Assembly: GCF_036321535.1 (NCBI RefSeq)
Contig: NC_087442.1
Coordinates: 75,950,001 to 76,014,000, forward strand
Source of the DNA: Camelus dromedarius
Taxonomy: Eukaryota
Reading direction: 5' to 3'
Length of the DNA stretch: 64,000 bases
This document shows, in pieces, positions 37,348-48,660 of the stretch; position 1 is the stretch's first letter; the number at the start of each line of letters is the position of its first letter. The notes beneath the pieces are model-generated. The model had not been told where the DNA came from, did not search any database, and saw only the letters and a list, made by a program, of their open reading frames with translations. The translations under genes were made by a program, and so were the position numbers.

Positions 37348-40196
37348 TAACTTAGGGCAAGCAAGAAGAGTGATGAGAAGGGAGGATTTATTGAGCCAAC
37401 AGGGATCAGCTAGTTCGTTACAGAGCTCTTACGGATGGATGTGCCTGAACTCTTCTGAGGAGTATCATGGTTCATCCTCCTGTTCTGCTTCATTTTCTAC
37501 CCATTTCACGGAGAGTCTTTTCACCACCTTCTGGGTAATCTATCGAACCTGTCACAGTCCACCCTTGCAGGAAGTTCTCCCTGAAGTCTAACCTTGCTTG
37601 TGGAATTCCTTGCCTGCCTAAGACAGCTGACCTAGGCAGCCCAGTGTATGTGATCTTTAAATATCTTCATGATCCTTTTCATTGCACTTTCAGTTTTATG
37701 CTTTCTTGAGATTCTTTTGTGCTTGACGCTGAGTGAGCATATCATTATGGACTGAAGTTTATAAGTGAAATAGTTAATCATCTGAAGTTCATATGTTCAA
37801 AATACTCAGAGAGGGGAAACTGGAGCAAAGCCAGAAAAACAGAGACATTTCACTTTTCCTATTATGTGGTTATTTACATGGGTTGGATTTGGGAATTTGT
37901 TGGCTTGTTTTAGTAAGTTCTCCTCTGGCTTGCTCAAATGCTGGGGGAAAAATGTTCCTATACAAACTCAAGATCTTTGTGATTTCATCTTGAAGTGCTT
38001 GTTTTTAGGCCTCTTCCTCTTTTTTATCTCTGGTAATTCCATCACCAACGCTGAGAATTTCTTTCCTCATCATATGTCTGCTACACAGCAGAAACTGCCT
38101 GTACAATTCATAGCTATGTAGAACTTTAAGAGAAAATATATCATAGTCTCCTGTGGGTATTTATAATGTTTATTTTACATGCATTAGACATAGCCCCAAA
38201 CCATTCCCAGCATTACTAAATGGATTTAATATCAGCTTAATGTGATCTCTGTAAATGCAACTGAAATTTTTTCATCTTGGCCATGCTAAGAAAGTAGTAA
38301 ATCACAGGAATGATGGGGAGTGTGCTTGCATTTCTCATAATAATTCCAAAACAGATGGTCCCTATTTACAACCATTGCAATTAACATATCACCACCAGGA
38401 ATCCACTACAGCGCAGCACAGTTCAGTTTTATGCAAACATCTTCTGCTGCCCTTTATCTGTCTCCAAAAAGATGCATTCTTCTTGTTCATTTGGATCTGG
38501 GAAAAGAAAACAAAAAACAAAAACCTGCTCTCTGCTCTCTTGACTACTTACATTCAGCTTTGCACAGGAGCCGCCTACGTGATTATACACAAAAACTCTG
38601 ACCCTAGCTTATGAATGATGTCTCAGTATCCCAGCGGGAAAAAAAAAAATTTCAATAGGAAGCCTGTGCTTTTTTTCCTCTTCTCTCATAGAAAAACAGC
38701 AGTTGTATTACTCCTGTGATATAAAGTATATGTCCTTCAGCACTAATGCCCCATGTCACAGCAGTTAAATTAATCACTTTAAATGCCGCTCACAGGGAAG
38801 CCCTTTGCTCAAAAGTAATCATGACCATTCAGGATTCCAGTCATTTTATATTGGAGCTCATTGATATTTGCATATTTTAGAAGGGATTCCACGCCATCTT
38901 TACAAATCTGCCCCTGCAGCCTATATTTTTGAAGGCACACAGTTTGTCAAGGAACAATCCATTTCAAAAATTACAAAGAGACAAACATGGCTATAGATAA
39001 GCTTCAGCTGCCACAATGGTCCCCACTGTCACCAGGCCCCTGACGGAAGGGAAACTCAGGAGCAAACCCATGCATAAAATGAGCTGGTTGTGACCTTTTT
39101 TTAATGAGAGAGAAAGCTCTTTTTGTGTTGTGTTTCCTTGTGTGTTTAATAATTTGGGCTCCATATTCATATTCTTGCAAAATCCTCTCCGGGAAAATTG
39201 AGCTCATCGGGACGTTTGCACCTTCTCACTCATACACATCTGGACATGTTACATCTGAAAATTGGAAAACGCAAGTGCATTCGCAGACCATGCAAAAAAT
39301 GAGAGCAGGAAACGCCAAGCCCATTTATCATTCTCAGTGAAAAAATTGTCCAGGCGGCTTCCCCTGCAAGAGAAGCAAATGAACGAAAGGGTGAGCGGAG
39401 TGCTAATAACGAACGTACCATGGCTCCAGATTAAAGTGTCAGTGCTTTCCGCTCAGCATCTGAGCAGCTGAAATGCTTCTCTGGGTTTGATTAGCAAAAG
39501 GAAGATCCTCAAAGAGATGTGAGCTGCATATTCAGAATACATTTTCATAAGCCAATCACGCCTCGTCGGACCAGTAGCAGTGATGATGCTGGCAGAGTTG
39601 CGAGGCAAATGAATCGGTGATTCTAGGGATATTTACCGAGGCTCTCTAAGAGCCTGTCTCATGCCCAGATTTCTTCATTTTAGTAGCAGGGCACAGAGAT
39701 CCACCATGTATGGAGCCTGCACCACCAGCGTCCTCCCAGTACCACACAGAAGCCATTCCTCCCTCTAGTCAGACAGCTCTCCTTGCTCACTCTATCTGAC
39801 CCTTACTGCTTCAGTGAACACCGACTTGGGGGAGACACCTTATCTCCCCCCTGGGCAAAAGAAGCAAAGGCCCCCATGCCAAAAGGTCTTGGCCACACTG
39901 TCTCCAGAAGAGGAGGAAATGCCTCCCACACCTTTGCAATGAGCTCACTGTCAAGGAGCACAAAGTTAACTTCTTGACCAGTTTGTCCTGGCATTGGTTT
40001 CAAGCATTTTCAAGATCTGATTCCAGACGGGAGCCTAGAGAGACATCCCTAGGTTTTCCCCCCCTGGAACTGGCCTGCATTTGCCTTCTCTGGGAACTTC
40101 AGACACTCCCAGGAGCCTTCTTCCCAACGTTAGCCCTTATACTGCTAATTTTCAAAATAGAACCTTCAAAGCAACGCCACAGTTAGGCTAATCTTT

Positions 40197-42369
40197 GTTT
40201 TTTCTCCCTGGCTTTAGTAAGACATAGTTGACATAGACCACCTTTGAGGAAATTTAAGGTGCATGATGTGATCATTTGATACAGCTATCTGTTGTGAAGT
40301 GATTGCCAGAACAGGTTTAGTTAGCAATTCCATCTCCACATATATTTGTCTTTTTTTTTTTTAGTGAGAACATTTAAGATGAATTCCATTGCATGTGTGT
40401 ATACACCATATCTTTATCCAATCATTGGTCAGTGGACATTTAGGTTGCTTCCATGTCTTTGCTGTTATAAATAGTGCTGCTATGAACATTGAGGTGCATG
40501 TATCTTTCCAAATTAGAGTTTTCATCTCTTCTGGATNNNNNNNNNNNNNNNNNNNNNNNNNNNNNNNNNNNNNNNNNNNNNNNNNNNNNNNNNNNNNNNN
40601 NNNNNNNNNNNNNNNNNNNNNNNNNNNNNNNNNNNNNNNNNNNNNNNNNNNNNNNNNNNNNNNNNNNNNNNNNNNNNNNNNNNNNNNNNNNNNNNNNNNN
40701 NNNNNNNNNNNNNNNNNNNNNNNNNNNNNNNNNNNNNNNNNNNNNNNNNNNNNNNNNNNNNNNNNNNNNNNNNNNNNNNNNNNNNNNNNNNNNNNNNNNN
40801 NNNNNNNNNNNNNNNNNNNNNNNNNNNNNNNNNNNNNNNNNNNCTAACCATTTTTTGATTGGGTTGTTTGTTGTTTGTTTGTTTTTTTATATTGAGTTAT
40901 ATGAACTGTTTGTATATTTTGGAAGTTAAGCCCTTGTCAGTCATATCATTTGCAAATGTTTTCTCCGATTCCATAGATTGTCTTTTCGGTTTCCTTTGCT
41001 GTGCAAAAGCTTTAAGTTTGATTAGATTCCATTTGTTTATTTTTGCTTTTATTTCTATTGCCTTTGGACACTGACCTAAGAAAACACTGCTACAATTTAT
41101 GTCCGAGAATGTTTTGCTTATGTTCTCTTAAAAGAGTTTTATGGTGTCATGTCTTGTTGTTATGTCTTTAAGCCATTTTGAGTTTATTTTTGTGTATATA
41201 TAGTTTAAAGATCTTCTATGGAAGCACCTACTCCACACTTCTTGCCCCATCTTGTGGCAGATTTCTTAAACTTGATTGCCTTCTCGATCCTGCAGAGCCA
41301 TGCCATATGCTGACAACCTCCCTTTTGCTTTCCCAAGGCAGTGCTGATTGTTCAGGTTTGTGATCTCTCCCAGGCCCACCAATTCAGGCTCACTAGCTAT
41401 CTGCAAAAGCTTGCTCTTGCCATCCTTGGGAACACATGCACGTATAGGGAGTCGCGCATCAGGTAACGGGGCTTGTGGATGAGGTGCGCAGAGCACTGAC
41501 GGTGTTCATGGCCCTGGTAAGGAGATCTGCAGGCGAGGCATCCCCAGTGGCTCATGGTCAGGCTTCCCCCCTAATACAGTCATTAGGATCTGTGTCCCCT
41601 TGACATATTCTGGTTCCTCACTCTCGCAGCTCATGATGCAGGAGAGAAGGGCTGCTCTTCTGCAGCTTTTCCCAGTACCCCTGGGAAAACTGGGCACTCA
41701 GTCACACCCTCTCACTTTGCCCCACAGGAGAAACCACAGGCCAAGAAGGGCTCCTGGCACTGAGCTGTGCCACCTTGGGGAAGGTTGATATGGGTCATAT
41801 CAAACCGTTCCTATTTTCCTCTTTAGTGCATTCAGTTTTGAATTGGTTTGCTCCAGTACATTGCTGGAATTTCTCCTCTGGAAAACCAGACTTCCACAAA
41901 GGTGCTCTCCTCCGTGGGTGATTATCTTAGTCAGTATTCACCAGGCGCTCCTGGACCATGACCAAGAGTGGCTGGAGCGGGTTCACAGGGCACTCAGCCC
42001 AGTCAGGACCAAGCACACAGGTGACTCCGCTCACCGTTGGGCAAGCCTTGTCCCAGATCCCTCGGTGTATGATCCATGAGACAGAACCAAAGCCAGATGG
42101 GCCTGTGGCCTCATCCTCAGGGAGGCGGTGTTGTTTCTGGGCCTGTGGTCACGACCGTGTGAATCAGATGTCTGGGTGAGGGCCTGTCTCCTAACATAGC
42201 CTTCCTCATTCTTGGACTTCCCTGGGGTTTCACAGTCTCCTACCTGGATCCCACAGCTCCCATAAAGGCACTTTTGTCCATGGATGGATTCCCACTTGTT
42301 GTCGAGGAGGGGATAAGAGATGAACATCTTCTTCAGCCATCTTGCTGATGTCACTCCTTCTGGATACCC
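40197..42369 (-). mobile_element. L1MA9/L1M3-like element: 5' UTR joined directly to ORF2 3' end and 3' UTR
   Basis: Minus strand begins gggtatccagaaggagtgacatcagcaagatggc (recalled L1 5' start motif). Near 41200 it switches to ORF2 tatacacaaaaataaactcaaaatggcttaaagac and ends ...tactaaagccagggagaaaaaac. Degenerate TSD at 40185-40196 and 42370-42381. Confidence 0.75.
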
Positions 42370-43704
42370 AGATTGATCTTTTGTGCATGTTTTCTGTCTT
42401 TAAAAAAGTGCTATTACGTTGTGTTGAATTTTTAATAAGTGTGCATGGAGTGCCTGCCAGAGAAGAACAATTCCATAGATTTTAGCAAGTGTCCCTAGTG
42501 GTGAGGGCATGAGGGAAGTGAGGCTGGCGAGCTGCCCCACACCCTCCTCCTCCAAAGCTCTGTGGACCACATCATAGTAGCACAGGCCCCCTGCTAAGGG
42601 CATCGACCTCAGGGTCTGGCAGGGGTGCCTCTGCAGTAGCAGAAGAGTTAGGGAAGGAAGAGTTCTGATTCAGAAGCACTTGCAGCTGTGGGCAAGAGGT
42701 GGTTGAAGATAGATGCACTCTGAAGTTAGGGCTGAGGAGGGGAGTGTTCTCGTGCTTCTGAAATGAAATCCTGAATTATCCCTTAAGTACATTTACCTGT
42801 CCCTGCTCCTCAGGGAGAGCCACATCCCCAAGTTCCAGAAGGTCTAACCACATGGGCCCAAACGTTCTGGAAGACAAAGGCTGGACCCACTAAAGGCATT
42901 CCATGTGATGTGCATGAGGTGGGACCTGAATTTGGGGGATCTGATTTAACCTACAGTGTGACCATCTCACTGCACTGCTATCTAAATTTGTCTTTGCTAT
43001 CTCTAGTGGCCTCATGTAGCAGAGCATCTAGGGTTGCAAAAGCTGAGTTCACAGAGAAATGAATTAAATAACCAGTTCTCCCAGCTCTAGGTGAAACCTC
43101 ATTTAGATGCAATAAACTGCACAAATAAGAATATAGGCGAAGCACTTTGCAAACACAGATTAAGTACTGTAATCAAAGGTTGGTAAATTTACCAAGAGTT
43201 TTAGAGAGCTACTTAGCTCCCCTGAATTGTCGGGTGGGGACAGTATATAACAGCCTGCATATATTAGGAAGGCATCAACACCAGGGAGAGAAAGGGCCTA
43301 TTTGGTGAAGCAGCGGGGGCTGAACTTAGAGTTTGGTGACAGTATCACCAGGAAGAGGAAGGGGGGAGGATATCTCAGTGATTCACACCCAGCAGTCATA
43401 GTTGGGGCTTTATCCTTTTAAGGAGGTTTCCATGAGACTAAGTGACTGGACGAGCTTTCAGTAGCCTAGGGCTCAGAAGTGATCTTAGTCCAAAGAGTCT
43501 TTCTCAAGGTAGAACTATAAAGCCTGAATAAACTCTAGTGTAGTCATGATGCTTCAAAATACAAATCTAAAAAGTATTCAGTCTTGATCCAAGCAGATAC
43601 TTGATGCAGGAAATGCTTAATTCTTACCATAACACATTTATCAGGTAAAAACAAAGTCCCTGATATTTTATCCTAGTCTAGTTCCGAAAGTTTTCCTTCT
43701 GCTG

Positions 43705-43913
43705 CAGGGTTTCTCAGTGTCACCACTATTGACATTTGGACCAGCTAATTCTTGGGTGTGGGGACCTTGCTGTGCATTTCAAGATGTTTAACAGTGTCCC
43801 TGGCCTCTATTCATTGTAAGCCATAGCACCCTTCAGTTGTAACAAACCAAAATGTCTCCAATTATTGACAAATATCCCCTCAGATCCAAAATTTCCCCTG
43901 GCTGAGAACACTG
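43705..43913. mobile_element. MER20 hAT MITE
   Basis: cagggtttctca...ctattgacatttggacc...gttgtaacaaaccaaaatgtctcca...ggctgagaacactg. Confidence 0.92.
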
Positions 43914-43989
43914 GCAAGGAAGAAGTGACTTTCTGATTCCTTCAAAGGCACCCTATGGGCTAGCAATGGCCTATTAGCAGAACCCTCTT

Positions 43990-44065
43990 TTTTTTTTTTG
44001 TCTTTTATTTTTATTTATTTTTTAACATTGTTTATTGATTTATAATCATTTTACAATGTTGTGTC
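43990..44065 (-). mobile_element. 76-bp extreme 3' fragment of the young L1 family, with TSD
   Basis: Reverse complement caacattgtaaaatgattataaatcaata matches 33826-33852. TSD tagcagaaccctctt (43975-43989) / tagcagaatgctctt (44066-44080). Confidence 0.9.
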
Positions 44066-44349
44066 TAGCAGAATGCTCTTTGTCCACCCCTAAGACTAAG
44101 TAAGCCATATCAGTTCGGAGGAATCCTAGATGGAAGGGAAGTTCAAAATAGCTATCTTCTTCAGCAAAGGGTTAACATAGAAAGGACATGGGTGGGAAAG
44201 TAAGGACAGTGGGCTAGTACCCAGAGATTGCTTTGTTTTCATTGTTCATTCTACCAAGAAGTGCTTGTTGACTATGGTGTGACTGGCTTGGGGTTACACC
44301 CTGCAAGGGATACAAAACCAAACTAACATGGAGTCCCAGCCTCCAGAAC

Positions 44350-45422
44350 TTTTTTAAAAAATATTTTTATTGAAGTATAGTTGACTTACAGTATTTCTGG
44401 TATACAACAGAGTGATTCAGTTTTTATATATATATGTAAATCTGAATCACTCAGATTCTTTTCCATTATGTTATTGCAAGGTATTGAATATAGTTCCTTG
44501 TGCTGTACAATAGTTCCTTATTGTTTATCTGTTTTATATATAGTAGCATGGATCTGTTAATCCCAAGTTCTTAGTTTATCCCTCCCCCCATTTCCCCTTT
44601 AGTAACGAAAAGTTTGTTTTCTCTGGCTGTGAGTCTGTTTCTGTTTTGTGAGTAAGTTCATTTGTATCATTTTTTTTAGATTCCACATATAAATGATATC
44701 ATATGATATTTATCTTTCTCTGTGTGACTTACTTCACTTAGTATGATGATCTCTTGGTTCACTCATGTTGCTACAAATGACATTATTTCATTTTTGTGGC
44801 TAAATAATATTCCACTGTATATATATGCCCCATCTTCTTTATCCTTTCATCTGTCAGTGGACTTTTTNNNNNNNNNNNNNNNNNNNNNNNNNNNNNNNNN
44901 NNNNNNNNNNNNNNNNNNNNNNNNNNNNNNNNNNNNNNNNNNNNNNNNNNNNNNNNNNNNNNNNNNNNNNNNNNNNNNNNNNNNNNNNNNNNNNNNNNNN
45001 NNNNNNNNNNNNNNNNNNNNNNNNNNNNNNNNNNNNNNNNNNNNNNNNNNNNNNNNNNNNNNNNNNNNNNCTTTTCAAACTAGAGTTGTCTCCAGATATG
45101 TGCCCAGGAGTGAGATTGCTGGATCATATCATAACTCTATCTTTATATTTTAAGGAACCTCAATGCTATTCTCCATAGTGGCTGCACCAATTTACATTCC
45201 CACCAGCAGTGTGGGAGGGTTCTTTTTTCTCCACACCCTCTCCAGCNNNNNNNNNNNNNNNNNNNNNNNNNNNNNNNNNNNNNNNNNNNNNNNNNNNNNN
45301 NNNNNNNNNNNNNNNNNNNNNNNNNNNNNNNNNNNNNNNNNNNNNNNNNNNNNNNNNNNNNNNNNNNNNNNNNNNNNNNNNNNNNNNNNNNNNNNNNNNN
45401 NNNNNNNNNNNNNNNNNNNNNN
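44350..45422 (-). mobile_element. 5'-truncated L1, same family as 6448-7338
   Basis: attgaagtatagttgacttac...ttcagattcttttccattat...gaatatagttcc shared with 6448-7338. N gaps at 44868-45070 and 45247-45422. Confidence 0.93.
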
Positions 45423-45664
45423 ACTTTATAGTCTGTGAGGAGATGAGTGTAGACGTGTTGAACAGTAGGATTGTTGTCCATAGCAGTATGTGATGAACAG
45501 AAAAAGTGACACATGAAGGTACACCTGTAGGTCCTGCAGCACAGTATGTGGAGAATGTTACTGACAGCTCCCCAGATTTATAAATAATTTCAGAAGAAGA
45601 TGAGTTCATTCCAAAACATTTCTATTTCCAAAAATTTTAATATTGTAAGTATCTTTCACCTGAA

Positions 45665-45815
45665 TGTGGTTTGGAAGGCCCAGGTTCAAGAACTGGTCTT
45701 GTCCTCACCAGCTTTGTGACTACGACAGGCACTGAATTGCTCTGGGCCTTAGTTTTCCCTTCTCTAAGATGAGAGGGCCAGACTGGATGATCTCTTGGGC
45801 CCTTCCAGCTACAGC
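45665..45815 (+). mobile_element. MIR/MIR3 fragment
   Basis: gggccttagttttcccttctctaagatgagagggccagactggatgatctc...cccttccagct. Confidence 0.7.
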
Positions 45816-46684
45816 ATTCTCTGACTCTGAGCCCATTTGATTTATTGTCTCCAGGTGATTGTATTTATTGAGCAGTTTTAGGTTTCTCCATTCTGAGCTT
45901 AATTCTCATCCTCTGAAGTATTTCATCCCAGAATGTTTTATGTATTTAAAAAACTGTATTTCCAAATCTACAATAGCTTTAGCTTGAAATATATATTATG
46001 CCATAAAGATCACTATAGATTTGTAAAGCAAAACTCAGAAACATTAAACAGCCCATAAGTGCTTTAAAATTAATTTGGTTTTGAATGTGTCTGTGAATGA
46101 ATGGGCTTGACATAAGCCTTTCAATTTTTCGCTCCGCTTCCGAAAGTGCACAAAGTACAAACTGTAAATCAACCTCCACATTTGCTGATAGGGCCACTAA
46201 GCTGAACCAAAAGAAAAAGAAAAAGAGATATGGCTAATAAACTATTCAAACAAGATTTAGGAGCTTGGAAATCACAGAGCCTAGCTTGTAACTTGCCTTC
46301 TTGGAAATATTCACGGTTGTGCAATTCAGCTGGTGTCTAGACACACACAGAGTGGACACTGGAAGTCATAGGTCCAGTAACTCAAGGCAGAACAGGACTT
46401 AGCTTTGATCGTCCATTTCAATCAGGCACGTATACATGAGATAGAACATATTAAGGCAGGAGGATGAGAGAAGGAACTGGGACTGAGATCAGAGGGATAC
46501 AAATGGTCACTTCCCTTCCCCACTCAGGTTGGCATGGGTCAAGCACAGCAATGGTGAGCCTGATGGACTGAAGCATATTTCGACAGTAGTGCTGGTGCAT
46601 GGTGTGGGTTGGTGCAGAATTTACTATCACATATTGGCTGCTCCGTTAAAAAAAGAAGTGGGGGGTGGAGAGAGAGAGAGGCAG

Positions 46685-46860
46685 CATGGAAATATGAAGA
46701 CCTTGGAGTCAGACTGATCCAGGATCACATCTTACCTCTACCACTTACTAGTTATGTGTCCTTGGACACAATAACCTCTTGGTTGCACTTCCATATCTAT
46801 AAAATAGAAATACTAAGACCTATAATCCAAAAGTGTGAGGATTAAATGAAATAATGTATA
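46685..46860 (+). mobile_element. MIR SINE
   Basis: ccacttactagttatgtgtccttggac...atctataaaatagaaatac...gtgaggattaaatgaaataatgta. Confidence 0.85.
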
Positions 46861-47130
46861 TTTCAGGATTGAGTCAGCTGCATGTAACAGAAAATCCAAA
46901 TAAGAGTGCCTTAAACACAGAGAGGTTGATTTTCTTTCATATGATATGAAGTCTAATGGCAGTCAGGCTGGCACAGGGGCTCCATAACCTCAAGAATATT
47001 CCAGTTTCCTTCTTTATTTTGCTGTATTATCTTCAGCTTCTGTCTTTGAGATCATAGATTACCTTGTGATCATAAGGTACAGCTACAGCTCCAACCATCA
47101 CGTTTGTATTTCAGGCAGGAAAAAACACCC
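46861..47130 (-). mobile_element. MLT1J-like LTR fragment
   Basis: cagctgcatgtaacagaaaatccaaataagagtgccttaaac...cagctccaaccatcacg. Confidence 0.75.
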
Positions 47131-48269
47131 TGACTCCCAAAGCCCATCCCTGTGAGGCCCAGGCGGCAGCTTGGCCCAGACTCCTGGCCTCGGGGTTTAG
47201 AACCAGCCCTCACTCCCCAGGCAGACAGAGCACCCCCATCGAGAGCCTCCCAGGGGGTCCTGCTCTCACTGACCAAGGGTCCGCAGCCTGGCTTGCCCCC
47301 TCACCATCAAAGGCAAGCAGAAATGGGGAATTACAAAGAAAGAGAGTAGGAAAAAAATAAATAAAAGGACCTACTCCTGCAGCAAGGAGGGATAGAGATC
47401 ACAAGTGCCTTTTAAGTCATGGACTGCTGAGTTTCTCGTGGAAATTTTAGAAAAAGGAAACTTGGTTTCCTTTTGGCTAGGATGGGTATCCATCCTTGTT
47501 TTCCTGAGTAGTTTTATACCTTGCTGACCTGACATAATTTATTAATAACTTCCATTTTCACTCTCAAAAGCGACCTGATTGGACAAGACATGGTGACTCT
47601 ACCTTGGAGAGGGACTAGAAAAAATAAAAGGTTATTCTTTTGATAATTTGTCTCCTATAATTCACTGTATATGTATAGCTAGACATTGACCCTTTTACCA
47701 AGTGACCATTTTCATCTTTAACAGATTAAAAATTTTACTCTTATCCAAGCTAAGTTATCTTAAAGTAGTACAGCATCAAGCTGCACTTTTATTCTTAACA
47801 AAAAAAATATATTATCCAGGCATAAGGGTAATGCTAAAATTTACCAGAGAGAGTGCTGATGAAAGTGCAGTCTGTGCAGTGTTTCGTTCCCCTGACTGCT
47901 GGAAAATTCAATTCAGGCGGTTCCAACTATGGACAGAGAGCTTTAGAAGGTAGCTGTGCTCTCAAAACTTTCCCATACTTGAGAGCATTTTTTCCTTAAG
48001 AAAAACTGAGTTTGTTTCTTTTGAAGAAAAAGCCAAAAAATTTAAAGCACCACACAGGGAACAACATTTAGAACCTGAAGGTGTAGGTCAGCCTATGCGT
48101 AACGACGTCCTGCCCTATATCAAAGAGGAAGTCAAGAGGCATGCACTGCCACGTGGGAGAGTGACCTGCAGCCCCCTGCCCTCCCCCCACCCCGCCCCTT
48201 GCGCTCTCCCAGTCCCCACGTGGACCCTGCTCACACCAGACCTTACCAGACACCCCGGTCTCATTTCTA

Positions 48270-48660
48270 GATTCTGAGAGCCTCCCTGCAGCACAGTTTC
48301 CTCATTTGAAAAAATAGACGCAGCAGGAATTTTCCTGCATCACAAAAATAATTGTGAAGTTTAAGATGTAAAGTTTCATAGAATACCTTAATATATCAGG
48401 AAAAGATGCTCCAGAATGCTGTACAACACACACAGTGTGCTCAGTAGTGTATCGTCTGCAGAGCAGCTAGCCCTGAATTTGAATCCCCAGCAAACCTGCG
48501 CTACCGCTTACTAGTCAGGTGACTTTGGGTGAGAGACTAAAGCCTTCTGGACTTACTGTCCTCATCTGTAAAAGGAGGGTTAATAATTCCTGCCTTCAAA
48601 GATGTCATGGAAATGGCCTAAGATGGCATAAGGAAATGCCTGTCATACAGCAGACAGTCT
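48270..48660 (+). mobile_element. Two tandem MIR fragments
   Basis: cagtttcctcatttgaaaaaat and gtgactttgggtgagagactaaagccttctggacttactgtcctcatctgtaaaaggagggttaataat. Confidence 0.75.

Noticed and set aside
41266-42603. Four same-frame minus-strand ORFs suggesting a processed pseudogene
   Set aside because: No recognisable protein, several in-frame stops between the pieces, and most of the span is better explained as a GC-rich L1 5' UTR.
7002-45609. ORFs containing X runs
   Set aside because: Artefacts of translating through N gaps inside L1 remnants.
48095-48277. ORF MRNDVLPYIKEEVKRHALP...
   Set aside because: Short, poor start context and runs into a C-rich tract; the motif-cluster reading fits better.
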